From positions 96,001 through 160,000 of the forward strand of contig CAWENF010000014.1 of assembly GCA_963810275.1 (NCBI GenBank): DNA of 64,000 nt, given 5' to 3'. Below, piece after piece: positions 50,305-60,292 of this stretch (its first letter is position 1; every line of letters starts with the position of its first letter). The notes below the pieces were generated by a model. It was not told where the DNA came from. It was given only the letters and a program-made list of their open reading frames with translations, and did not search any database. A program made the translations under genes and the position numbers. The stretch comes from an uncultured archaeon (GTDB lineage Archaea > Thermoproteota > Bathyarchaeia > Bathyarchaeales > Bathycorpusculaceae).

Positions 50305-51125
50305 CGCCGTGCCTCCTGTGCCTTTTTGAGCAACAAAGCTTTAGCTTCGTAGATGTCGATCACGTCTTTAGGTAGCCCCAAGCCTTCCAATTTTATGAAA
50401 ACTTGAGCGATTTGCGGCAACACAATACTAGACAACTCTAGCATGGAAGGGTCGGTTAAGATTTCTTTGCCCACACCATCCGCGACTATTTTGCCCTCCT
50501 TCATGAGCACTACTCGGGGGTTGCATTCCGCCACAAACTCTACGTCATGGGTGACAGCGACCACTGTTTTCTTCTGCGACTGCAACTGAATGATGAACTG
50601 GCGAAGGTTTTCTTTCTGCTCATGATCCTGCCCGATGGTGGGTTCATCCAAAATCAACGTTTGCGGATCCCAAGCTAAAACAGAAGCCAATGCAACCCGT
50701 TTGCGTTCCCCACCGCTGAGCAGAAAGGGAGATGTTTTTCGATACTGACTTAGCGAGAGCAAATTCAGTGCCCAAGTGACGCGTTCCTTGACGACTTCAG
50801 GCTTGAAACCAAAGTTTTTGAGAGCAAAACCAATTTCGTCCTCCACGGTTTCGCTGAACAACTGGTTGTCGGGATTTTGAAACACAAAGCCCACATTGCG
50901 TGCCAATTTGGCAACACTGGACTTGGTGGTTTCTACCCCATCGATTTTGACAGAGCCAGAGCTGGGTTTTAGTAGCCCATTAAAGTGCTTCACAAACGTG
51001 GATTTGCCTGCGCCGTTCTGCCCCATGATAGCGACGAATTCACCGTCTTTTACCGTGAGAGATACGCCTTTTAGAGCTTCAACTTTGTTGGCGTAGCTGA
51101 AACGCACGTTCTGGGCTTCAATCAT
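50301..51125 (-). CDS. ecfA2: ECF transporter ATPase (A')
   Basis: GQNGAGKST, FQNPD, LSGGE, LDEPT. Confidence 0.93.
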   Translation of the reverse strand: MIEAQNVRFSYANKVEALKGVSLTVKDGEFVAIMGQNGAGKSTFVKHFNGLLKPSSGSVKIDGVETTKSSVAKLARNVGFVFQNPDNQLFSETVEDEIGFALKNFGFKPEVVKERVTWALNLLSLSQYRKTSPFLLSGGERKRVALASVLAWDPQTLILDEPTIGQDHEQKENLRQFIIQLQSQKKTVVAVTHDVEFVAECNPRVVLMKEGKIVADGVGKEILTDPSMLELSSIVLPQIAQVFIKLEGLGLPKDVIDIYEAKALLLKKAQEARR

Positions 51126-51967
51126 TTTAGTGCCTCCAGCAGTTGCTCTGCCAGCTCCTCGGAGGAAAGTGGGGTTTTGTCACCCAGTGGGAAGCCTTCT
51201 TTTTTGAGTTGCTGATAGAGCAACGTCGCCTTGGGGATGCCGACTCCGATGAGGCGGGTTTCCTCGTTACTCAAAATATCTCGTGGGTTGCCGTCTAAAC
51301 GCACTATACCTCTGTCCATGACAACGAGGTGATCTGCGTACTTTGCAGTCAAGTCCAGCCGGTGCTCAACTAAGACAACGGTAATGCCTTGCTCTTTGTT
51401 TAATCGGTAGATTACCTCAAAAATCTTCTCTGCACTGAGGGGATCAAGAAAAGACGTCGGTTCATCAAGGACAATGATTTCCGGCTCCATCGCCAAAACC
51501 GATGCAATTGCCACCCGTTGCTGCTGGCCACCACTAATCTCGTGGGGGCTGCGTTCGCGAATGTCGTAGATGCCAGTTTGGTTTAGCGCCCAATCCACTT
51601 TCTGGCGCATCTCCGAACGTGGGACAGACACGTTTTCTAAACCAAACGCCACGTCCTTCTCGATTGAGAGCGCAAAAAGCTGGTTTTCGGGGTTCTGAAA
51701 TACCATCCCCACATACTTTGCCATATCACAGGTGTGACTTTCCAATGCGTTGACGCCTGCGACGGTGACTTCGCCTGTAACTTCACCCTGATAAAAGTGG
51801 GGGACTAAACCGTTAAAGCATCTGCACAATGTGGTTTTGCCACAGCCACTTGGACCCGTAATCAAAACAAACTCGCCCTTCTCCACCGTCAAAGACACGT
51901 CTTTGATTGACGGTCTCTCTCCTCCCGGATAGGTGTATGTGAGGTTTTTGATTTCGATTACAGCCAA
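51122..51967 (-). CDS. ecfA1: ECF transporter ATPase (A)
   Basis: GPSGCGKTT, FQNPE, ISGGQ, LDEPT. Confidence 0.93.
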   Translation of the reverse strand: MAVIEIKNLTYTYPGGERPSIKDVSLTVEKGEFVLITGPSGCGKTTLCRCFNGLVPHFYQGEVTGEVTVAGVNALESHTCDMAKYVGMVFQNPENQLFALSIEKDVAFGLENVSVPRSEMRQKVDWALNQTGIYDIRERSPHEISGGQQQRVAIASVLAMEPEIIVLDEPTSFLDPLSAEKIFEVIYRLNKEQGITVVLVEHRLDLTAKYADHLVVMDRGIVRLDGNPRDILSNEETRLIGVGIPKATLLYQQLKKEGFPLGDKTPLSSEELAEQLLEALK

Positions 51968-52133
51968 TACTGTTTGCTCACCTTAAGCGTAAAGATTAGC
52001 TCATTTAAGCGTAACTACTCAGATTTGGGTTTTTTTCAGTTAAAACCTGCCTTGGCTAATTAAGAATTTCCGTTAAACAATTTAAACAAAACATAACAGT
52101 ACAAACAGGATCGATCAGCGCTTTCGAAGCGGG

Positions 52134-53123
52134 CTATTCGGTTTTAATTATTTTTGCCTTTAAAAGCTTGAGGCATTGTTTGAGGGCATCTTGGATTTCG
52201 CCTTTACCGCTCACACCCGACGCCATAGCGTGTCCGCCACCAACGCCTTGAAGATACTCACCCAACGGCGCAGCAATATCAGTGCCAAGGTGAACTCCGG
52301 TGCCTTCGTTAAATTGGCGCACGCTTCGCAGGCTGATTTCGACTTTGTCCTCTTTCTTGCCAGCTACAGCCGACATATGCGCTCCCAAATCAACAAGCGC
52401 CTTCGCTGCAGGAGCCTGATACGCGCTGACATGGGATAAGGCGATTATCCAACCTTCTATTTTGAGGACTTTCGCTCGTTTGCATGCTTTGAGCTTTGCC
52501 ATCCGCTCGGAAGGGTCAATGGGTAGGGCATACTGAGCCAGCGTCTGCTGAACGTCGAAGCCTGCCGCAACCAGATTCGCTAGTATTCCAAAGGTCGGAG
52601 AGTTCGCCAGCGCAAAATGTCGTGTATCAAAAGCTATGCCGACAAACAGCGCTTTGGCTTCGTTTAGGTTGGGGTCAATTTGAGCTTCCTCGTAGAGGCG
52701 GTAGACGAGTTCACAGTTTGCTGCTGCTTTGTCGTCAATTAAACAGAGTTTGCAGAGCTTCATGGTTTCTTGGCTGGGGGCATGGTGGTCAATTACGATT
52801 TTTGGAGCAGACGACTTTTTTACTGCGTCGGCTGCTTGGTCAAGCTGCTCGACGGTGTTCATGTCCAAAAGGACGAAGGCCTCCGCGGATTCAATGTTGG
52901 GTTTCTGGTTAACCGTTATAGGCATGTTTTCCAGAAGCGTTTTGGAGGGTTTGTTTATGCCTGCCGGGCAGCCGATTTCCACCACCACATCAGGCAGAAA
53001 ACGCTTAAGTAAGCCCTGCAAGGCGTAGGCGCTGCATATGGCGTCTGCGTCTGCGCTGCGGTGGCAAAGTAGCAACACAAAAGACTTCTTTTTTAGCAGT
53101 TTGATTAGTTGTTTGAAGCTCAT
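52134..53123 (-). CDS. DHH/DHHA1 phosphoesterase
   Basis: H.SADADA, IDHH, DT, GGGH. Confidence 0.92.
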   Translation of the reverse strand: MSFKQLIKLLKKKSFVLLLCHRSADADAICSAYALQGLLKRFLPDVVVEIGCPAGINKPSKTLLENMPITVNQKPNIESAEAFVLLDMNTVEQLDQAADAVKKSSAPKIVIDHHAPSQETMKLCKLCLIDDKAAANCELVYRLYEEAQIDPNLNEAKALFVGIAFDTRHFALANSPTFGILANLVAAGFDVQQTLAQYALPIDPSERMAKLKACKRAKVLKIEGWIIALSHVSAYQAPAAKALVDLGAHMSAVAGKKEDKVEISLRSVRQFNEGTGVHLGTDIAAPLGEYLQGVGGGHAMASGVSGKGEIQDALKQCLKLLKAKIIKTE

Positions 53124-53410
53124 TTTATCTTTCTCAGAAACATTTCAGTTGTTTTGTGCGCTTCGGCTATGGCTTCCTTGACAAGTTCCTCTGCGCCTGC
53201 ACCTTTTAAGTCCTTACTCAGAAGCAGATTAATTTCGACGGTAACGTTAACGGGTTTATTACCTTCAACCTCAACCGCTATTTCTAACCGGTCAACGTCT
53301 TTGCTTGACACTTTGCCAAGAATGTACTTTCGGGCTGCATCCTCAGTTGTTTGACATAAAAGTTCAATCTGCTCGGTGGATAGCTCTGGAAAGCCGAGCG
53401 TATCCATCAA
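53120..53410 (-). CDS. DUF3194-family protein
   Basis: PELS.EQIE.LC...E.AAR..I; usual position between pfdB and the DHH gene. Confidence 0.7.
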   Translation of the reverse strand: MMDTLGFPELSTEQIELLCQTTEDAARKYILGKVSSKDVDRLEIAVEVEGNKPVNVTVEINLLLSKDLKGAGAEELVKEAIAEAHKTTEMFLRKIK

Positions 53411-53427
53411 GCATCAACTCTCCTCGT

Positions 53428-53802
53428 TTAGGAAAGGGATTGACCTGAGACTGGGCTTAGGTCTTCTTGGAGTTTAGTTTGTGCTTCTTTGACTTGTGCT
53501 TTTATGCGTTCTTCCTGACGGGCGATGACTGTGCTGCGTGTTTCAAGTAGGCTTTTGCGTTCGTTGAGGTCTTCGGAGACTTTGGCTTTCTCTGATTTAA
53601 CAAGTAGAGAACCGATTGCTTTGTAGATAGTTGCGTCATCTGCTGTTTTTGTTAGTTCAGCTAGGGTTTGGTCGACTTCGTTTTTCTCCATGTCCACTTG
53701 CTGCTTCTGTGCCATGATGGATTGGAGTGTCTGCTGGAGTTGTTGGAGTCTTAGGAGGCGTTCTTGTACGTTAGGAGGTAACTTAGATAATTCGTCACTC
53801 AA
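53428..53802 (-). CDS. pfdB: Prefoldin beta subunit
   Basis: LPPNVQ..L...QQLQQ, IYKAIGSLLV, coiled coils. Confidence 0.95.
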   Translation of the reverse strand: MSDELSKLPPNVQERLLRLQQLQQTLQSIMAQKQQVDMEKNEVDQTLAELTKTADDATIYKAIGSLLVKSEKAKVSEDLNERKSLLETRSTVIARQEERIKAQVKEAQTKLQEDLSPVSGQSLS

Positions 53803-53889
53803 TGTTTATTCCTTCCAGCACACAAAAAAGGGGAGCTATTAATTAAGCATTTCCAACTTTCAAGCTTAAACTTGGATGCCGTGGCGAAT

Positions 53890-54410
53890 TCTATTTTACT
53901 TTCTGATTTGAGTTTTCGATATTCGTCTTCAGTCCACTAACAACAATCACTATGTAAAAGACAAGCGCCAACCCTAAATGCAAAAAACTCTATGCAGGGG
54001 CTTCAAAACATGGTGACCACCACGCCTGAATGATAAACCGCTGAAACTTGCAGCACTCGCTGTGTACAAAGCACTTTCCCGTCCCTAATTCAGGGTAAAA
54101 ACTCTATGGCGACTCAACTGAACAGCAAAATGCAACGAAATAAGCAGAAAGCAAAAAAGATTCAAAAAAAATGTGAGCTTTTGTCAAAGAAGCTCTTTTT
54201 TGAGGATAGCGCCGTTTAGAAAAGCTATCAAGGGCACGCTGATGGCGGGGTATAGCGTTCCCGAAATTGCTGTGTAATGTATGGCTCTAAGCGTATCTAC
54301 AAGGTAGGCGAAACTAAAACCAGCGATTATAGTCGGGCATACATTAAAACGATAGTTAGTACGAGAATCGCGACTAAAAGCCAGAGCTACCCTCTGTTAT
54401 TTCTTGAACC
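53890..54410 (-). pseudogene. Probable decayed membrane-protein gene
   Basis: Successive hydrophobic fragments in shifting frames (LWLLVAILVLTIVL; PTIIAGFSFAYL...; HLGLALVFYIVIVVSG). Confidence 0.35.
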
Positions 54411-54492
54411 CAACGTATCATCATTTTATTTCAAAGCTAAATACAGATTTGATATCTAATGGCAATCAAGAGCTTATAAAGGCGCCTATTTT

Positions 54493-55770
54493 TTAAATGT
54501 CATTTTGGTTCCACCAGTAAACTTTTGGATAACTGGCATTCGCCACTGGATACGCGGGGTCTTCATAGATTATGTCTAAAGTCGTGCCATATCGTTCGAG
54601 AAGATTATATGTGGCTAACGCTACCTGGGTGGTACGGTTATCAGTCAACCAGAAACCCCAAATAGTATCTGTTGGGTTACGCATGCCCCACCCGAAGTTC
54701 ATAGGTAAAACTAGAGCCGCCTTCGTTGAATCTTGGCGTTGCAGTTGCCCGGACCTGACTTCCTCCCAGAACTTATGTATTGCATCGAAGTGGGCTTGGC
54801 TTAAAACGGCAAAGGGGGTTTCGCCTTCGTATGGGTAATTGAAGATAGCAATGTATTTTGCACCCGCCTCATAAGAGGTGACCATTTGGCTGTAGATGCT
54901 ATCGGCTGAGTCAATGTAGGGCTGCTGATTATAACGCCACGTAATCATGGCGCCCCACGTCTTGTTCTGCATGTTAGAAGCGCCTTTAACGAGGTCTATT
55001 TGCTCCGGTACACTGCAGTTCCAACCCAACTCAGCAAAGAGAGTATCGTAGCCGCCCTGATAGTCCCACCAGAACAACCCATAATCCGATGTAAAAGTCG
55101 GGATACCTGCCTGCTTAAGTTTTTGGAGCCCCTCATCATCAATTAGGATGCGGTTGACGTAGAAGTCGCGTTCTTTCTGGTAATCTACGGATTTAGTGCC
55201 GTTTTCGAGGTATCCCAGCATTTCTTGGCGGATTTTATCCAGATCCTGTAAGGCGGGGTGGTCTATGTCGCCTAAGCTGTCCCCTGCCCGCTCAAAGAAC
55301 TTTCGCCACGATCCATCAAGCTGGATGCCTCCCGGTTCATCGTTGTAATACATACCCAAAAATTTGCTTCCCCACCGTTGAGTCCACTCTGCCTTGACGC
55401 CGTAAAGGGTAGACTGATCCCAGAACCATGAGTTGGAGGTTTTGGCTCCTGCGACACCTACATTGACGATTATATTCAAGCCATTTTGGACGGCATAGTC
55501 ACAGACTTCCGTCAGTTTCTGGGGATCGGCACTTATAGGGTTTCTTCCCACAGCTAACACGAACAGATTAGTGTAGTCTTTAACTTCGTCAATTAAGACT
55601 TTGGCCTGCTGGGTAGTGTTTCCCGCAAAGGCTACGCCAACATACACATCTGCGTCAGCTTCGGAGGACTCGTTTGAAGGCGTCTGAGTCAATGTGAAGA
55701 CAGAGATAAATAGAAACACCACAAGCACTACTGCGACCAGAAACATGCGGACTCTAATCTTATTACTCAT
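54493..55770 (-). CDS. Membrane-anchored extracellular hypothetical protein, possible glycoside-hydrolase-like barrel
   Basis: N-terminal TM; YTNLFV, YYNDEPGG, FTSDY, FAELGWN, WGAMITW. Confidence 0.7.
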   Translation of the reverse strand: MSNKIRVRMFLVAVVLVVFLFISVFTLTQTPSNESSEADADVYVGVAFAGNTTQQAKVLIDEVKDYTNLFVLAVGRNPISADPQKLTEVCDYAVQNGLNIIVNVGVAGAKTSNSWFWDQSTLYGVKAEWTQRWGSKFLGMYYNDEPGGIQLDGSWRKFFERAGDSLGDIDHPALQDLDKIRQEMLGYLENGTKSVDYQKERDFYVNRILIDDEGLQKLKQAGIPTFTSDYGLFWWDYQGGYDTLFAELGWNCSVPEQIDLVKGASNMQNKTWGAMITWRYNQQPYIDSADSIYSQMVTSYEAGAKYIAIFNYPYEGETPFAVLSQAHFDAIHKFWEEVRSGQLQRQDSTKAALVLPMNFGWGMRNPTDTIWGFWLTDNRTTQVALATYNLLERYGTTLDIIYEDPAYPVANASYPKVYWWNQNDI

Positions 55771-55906
55771 ATTTCAGCCCAAAAAAGACAACTAAAAATA
55801 GCCACATAAAGTTTTGTCAAAAGCCGCCCAAACCACCAAACTCAAATAAGAGCATGTGCAAGCGTTTTTAAGTTTTCCCGCCTACCAAACATTGAGAGGA
55901 AGGAAT

Positions 55907-56290
55907 TTGGATATTAAAGATTTTAACCGCGCCAACGTCATCAAAGAAGAAATTGACCACCAAGAAACAAGGTTTCTCGCACTGTATGTGGAAGCAAAAA
56001 ACAGCATCATGGTTATGCTAAGCGAAAAAGAAGATAAACTCGGTACACTAGCGATTGCTGTTCCTAAACCTCAAGTTGGCGCCGTCACCTCTTCAGTTAT
56101 GCTCGGCGACAAACATGTGATATCCGCACGGATGTTCGCTGAGTATGTGGCAGGCAAGAAAGGCAAAATCGCTGTCGTCTCAGTCTATTTAGAGCAGATG
56201 ACAGAGATTCAGGCGCAGGAATTCTTCATGCACTTAATCGACAAGGTCATGAAAACTGAGTACGGCAAAAAAGAGCCAGAAGCCATCTAA
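55907..56290 (+). CDS. Proteasome assembly chaperone 4 (PAC4)-like protein
   Basis: NSIMVML...LGTLAIAVP...SSVMLGD...ARMFAE..A.K.GK.AVVSV parallels PAC4 as I recall it. Confidence 0.55.
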   Translation: MDIKDFNRANVIKEEIDHQETRFLALYVEAKNSIMVMLSEKEDKLGTLAIAVPKPQVGAVTSSVMLGDKHVISARMFAEYVAGKKGKIAVVSVYLEQMTEIQAQEFFMHLIDKVMKTEYGKKEPEAI

Positions 56291-56301
56291 CAGCGAACTA
56301 C

Positions 56302-56793
56302 ATGATTCACAAACTCGTCGAAACTGACTTCGAAACCATTTTCCATATTATTAACGACGCAGCAATGCTGTACACGGGCAAAATCCCAACGGATTGCAAC
56401 AAAACCCCCTACATGCCAAAAGAAGAGTTAACAGAGGAAATCAAGGCAGGCGTAAAGTTCTATGGCTACATAGAAGACGGGACAATAGTCGCTGTTATGG
56501 GCATCCAGTCAATGTCAGATGTCACACTTATCCGCCACGCCTACACTTTAACAAGCCACCAACGCAGGGGAATAGGCAAAAAACTTATCAAATACCTGAT
56601 GTCTCTTGCAGAGACAGACTTGATTTTAGTAGGCACATGGGAAGATGCGGACTGGGCAATCCACTTCTACCAAAAAAACGGTTTTAAACTTCTGTCAAGG
56701 GAAGAAACAAATAAGCTTCTCAGTACATACTGGAATATTCCACAGCGACAAATAGAAACCTCCGTTGTGCTAAAACAAAGGCGTCAGAAATGA
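56302..56793 (+). CDS. GNAT acetyltransferase
   Basis: LIRHAY...QRRGIGK, AIHFYQKNGF. Confidence 0.9.
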   Translation: MIHKLVETDFETIFHIINDAAMLYTGKIPTDCNKTPYMPKEELTEEIKAGVKFYGYIEDGTIVAVMGIQSMSDVTLIRHAYTLTSHQRRGIGKKLIKYLMSLAETDLILVGTWEDADWAIHFYQKNGFKLLSREETNKLLSTYWNIPQRQIETSVVLKQRRQK

Positions 56794-57852
56794 AAACTAT
56801 CCTCTTAAAAATTAACCCACAGAACCCTGATTTGGAAGTGATTAAGCGAGCAGCAGACATTATCCGCAGTGGAGGCTTGGTTGCGTTTCCGACTGAGACT
56901 GTTTACGGACTTGGCACTGACGCTTTTAACGGCGATGCTGTGCACAGATTGTTTGAGGCTAAGAAGCGGCCGCTAGATAATCCGCCCATCGTGCACGTTG
57001 CGGTTGCCTCGGACGTTTCAACTTTAGCCGCAGAAGTGCCCCCTAAGGCGGAGATTCTTATAAGGAGGTTCTGGCCCGGTCCACTGACGCTGGTTTTCAA
57101 ACGCTCGCCTCAAGTGCCCAAGGAGTCCACTGCTGGCCTAGATACCATAGCTGTTCGTATGCCCAACCACAAAGTCGCCCAAGCCTTAATCCTACAAGCT
57201 GAACGCCCGCTAGCAGCACCCAGTGCAAACCTCTCAGGCAAACCCAGCCCCACAACAGCCCAGCACGTCCTAGAGGACCTTGACGGAAGAATAGACGCAA
57301 TCATAGACGGCGGAGCCGCAGACATAGGCGTGGAATCAACTGTGGTTGACTTAAGCCAAACTCCTCCGATTCTGCTGCGTCCAGGCGGAACACCCTACGA
57401 GGCACTAAAAGCTTTGGTGCCAGAATTGGTGTTGCATCCATTTGTGAAGTCCAAAGTCCAGCTATCCATGGATAAAGCGCATTCGCCGGGCATGAAGCAC
57501 AAACATTACGCTCCCCGTGCTGAGGTGATTTTGGTTGAGGGTTCAGTTCAGTGTATAATTGAGAAAATCAGGACGTTGAACGAAGAGTACAAGGCAGAAG
57601 GTACTAAGGTTGCGATTTTATGCACCGACGAAACCCGTTCAGCCTACACAGCAGACAGCGTGGAGTCTATGGGTAGCCGCCGTAACCTCGCCTTAGTGGC
57701 TCAAAACCTATTCAGGCTTCTGCGCGAAGTGGACGCACAAGGCGTTGATGTAATCCTTGCCGAGGCAGTGCCCGAAGAAGGGGTAGGATTAGCCATCATG
57801 AACAGACTAACGCAAAGCCAGCGGATACCACATCATGAGAGCCGACGCTTAG
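56790..57852 (+). CDS. sua5: Threonylcarbamoyl-AMP synthase Sua5; apparent 1-nt insertion near 57810
   Basis: PTETVYGLG, KKRP.DNP.IVH, SANLSG, PGM..KHYAP; corrected end reads MNRLRKASG. Confidence 0.95.
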
Positions 57853-58748
57853 TTATGAAGGGTTGAGAGCAGTTTTTCAATTTCGATTTTCGCCACTCCA
57901 ATAACGCTATCTGCCGCTCCATAGTAAACGAAAAGTTGCTTACCGATAACTACGTTACCGCAGCTGAAAACCACATTAGGAACTTTACCGAAACGTTCAT
58001 AGTCCCGCTTGGGCGACAACACAGGCCTCCTTGAACGGTACAGCACACGCTCAGGGTTCTCAATATCCAAGAAAACGATACCCAAAGAGTAAAGCCGATC
58101 TACATTGACGCCGTGGTAAATCACCATCCAGTAATCATTCATCTTTATGGGTGTACCTGCAACCCCGATTTTCGAGTTATCCCAACCCGTAACTCGAGGA
58201 GCCATTACTGAGCGGATGTCACACCAATGCTCCAAGTCATCCGAAAACGCAATGCAAAGATCAGGTTCAATACGGTGCAGCATCGCATATCTGCCTCCAA
58301 TTTTTTCGGGAAAAAGCACAGCATCCTTGTTTCGAATACCAGGAAATGGTAAATTACTTTGACTCCAACGCCATCGCCTAGCCAAGAAATCCGTGACTTT
58401 TATGGTTGTTAGAGCAATTTGGTAAACCTGCACGTGACTATACTCGCGAAGCGCCGTATAACCCATAACGAGTTCATCACCAATTTGCGTGATGCGGGGA
58501 TCTTCGCATCCATCTAGTTCATGGCGGCCTCTAGGTTCATAGATTGGTTCAGGAAGACGCTCGTCAATATGGATGCCATCGGTGGAAGTTGCATAGCCAA
58601 TTCTTGAAATACTGTCATCGCCCATGGCGCGGTACAGTAGATGCACTTTGCCCTCTAAGTAAATAGCTGCAGGGTTGAATACTTCTCTTGACTCCCAAGG
58701 ATGCGCCATTACTGGACGCATTATGGGGTTGCCTACGTAGCGTTCCAT
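57849..58748 (-). CDS. GH130 mannoside phosphorylase-like protein
   Basis: VFNPAA, LYRA, GCEDPR, NKD, LHR, YHG, NVVFSCG, YYGAAD. Confidence 0.9.
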   Translation of the reverse strand: MERYVGNPIMRPVMAHPWESREVFNPAAIYLEGKVHLLYRAMGDDSISRIGYATSTDGIHIDERLPEPIYEPRGRHELDGCEDPRITQIGDELVMGYTALREYSHVQVYQIALTTIKVTDFLARRWRWSQSNLPFPGIRNKDAVLFPEKIGGRYAMLHRIEPDLCIAFSDDLEHWCDIRSVMAPRVTGWDNSKIGVAGTPIKMNDYWMVIYHGVNVDRLYSLGIVFLDIENPERVLYRSRRPVLSPKRDYERFGKVPNVVFSCGNVVIGKQLFVYYGAADSVIGVAKIEIEKLLSTLHN

Positions 58749-58757
58749 TGTTAATCC

Positions 58758-59171
58758 CTAGGTTGCACTTGCAGTAGGTGTTTTGATGCCTAAAATTTCG
58801 TCAAAAAAGCCGCGTATTGAAAATAAGCCGATTAATTTGCCTGTTTCGTCAGTTACTGGCAGGTGTCGGACGTTGTGGCTGAGTATGAGACGTTTAGCTT
58901 CGTCGTAGGAGGATTCCAGCGAGATTGTTACAACATGGCGACTCATACAGCTGCCTAAAGATTTAGCCATATCGAAGTCATTAGACACCAATCGTATAGC
59001 GTCACGTTCAGTGAATATGCCTATTACTTTACACTCGTCATCCACAATTATAATTGACCCCACATGGCGTTCGTCTAAGAGCTTCACAGCATCTTTAACG
59101 GACAGGTTCTCTTTAGATGTGATTATCTTTTTGCACATGATGTTTTTCATTTTAAGCATAGGTTCACACAA
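58758..59171 (-). CDS. Tandem CBS-domain protein
   Basis: GIFTERD, VRHLPV. Confidence 0.9.
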   Translation of the reverse strand: MCEPMLKMKNIMCKKIITSKENLSVKDAVKLLDERHVGSIIIVDDECKVIGIFTERDAIRLVSNDFDMAKSLGSCMSRHVVTISLESSYDEAKRLILSHNVRHLPVTDETGKLIGLFSIRGFFDEILGIKTPTASAT

Positions 59172-59225
59172 AAAACTAACCCTCCAAAAAATAATATACT
59201 ATAAATTATTATTGTGAATCGATGT

Positions 59226-60292
59226 TTAAATTCTCTTCTGACCCAACTTCCCGTGACGAGCCTCCTCCAAGCGCAACCGCGCTAGCAGGTAACACACCGT
59301 CGACTCCGCACCCTGATTAAGGTTAACTTTTTCTTCGGATAACCCATCGTGGCAGCCTGCAGTATTGGAGTTATATATTTCCAGTCTGGGATTGTTTTTT
59401 GCCAAGATACCAGCCGAAAATGTCCTCGGCAGCTTGTATGTAACGTTCGTCCCGAGTTGCAGTGTAGCTTCTATGAGGCATCCACCATAGCGGAGGCTTC
59501 GATGGGCTGCTGATCAAACAAAGTCCGTTCACCATCGCGTCGGAACCAGCCTGCGTTGCCTATGGGTGCAAAAACACCGTTAATCATCTGGGTTTCAAGC
59601 AGAAAAGCCATCGAGTCCTGTGCAGTTGCCAAAAACGCGGGTTTCCCCGTCAAGATATAAGCGGCGAAGAGCCCCTGTGGCAGGCGAGCGTTATCATAGG
59701 TTAAGTAGGGCTCAGACCATCGCCACCCCTGCTTAAATTCATCACTTGAAATGATCTACCAAAACGTCCCCAAGTTTAGAAGCGTCATCGCGCAGTTCCG
59801 CCTGAGGTATCGCAGTGCAGTATTCTTTTATCCCTGAGAGGGCGGCGGCAATCATGCGGAGGTGTGCGGTGTTAAAAACTTTGGGTAATCCCTTTAGGAA
59901 GATGTCCTGTGGCGACTAATCGCAGTTCCATGGGTAAATCCGAATTCACTGTGCAGCCGCACCCCCAAAGTGTCCGTCCCGCTGCGTCTTCGGAGCCGTC
60001 AACATCTAGGAACTGCCGTTGGTATAGCCTAGATAGTTGTGGAAGTTTCCGTCGGGTTTCTGCATGTAATTAAGAAAAGCAAGATAAGTTTGCGCAAGTT
60101 TCTCAGATTCGGCGTCGTGTTTTAGTCGGTGATGTTTGGCTACGGTGATAAGTGCGCGGGCGTTGTCGTCAGATGTGTAGCCTTCACCACGTTTAGGTAT
60201 GCAGTGTGTAGCGTGTTGGAACAAGTCTGTGTCATCAGTTAAACGTTTGAGATGATCAAGTTTTATTGGAGGAAGTTGGATGGCATAGTCAT
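59226..60292 (-). pseudogene. Six-hairpin (alpha/alpha) glycosidase-like partner of GT4, broken by about 6 frameshifts
   Basis: Reconstructed LPPIKLDHLKRLTDD..FQHA, GYTSDDNARAL, SEDAAGRTLW, LTYDNARLP, FDQQPIEA, GCHDGL...NQGAEST. Confidence 0.75.
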
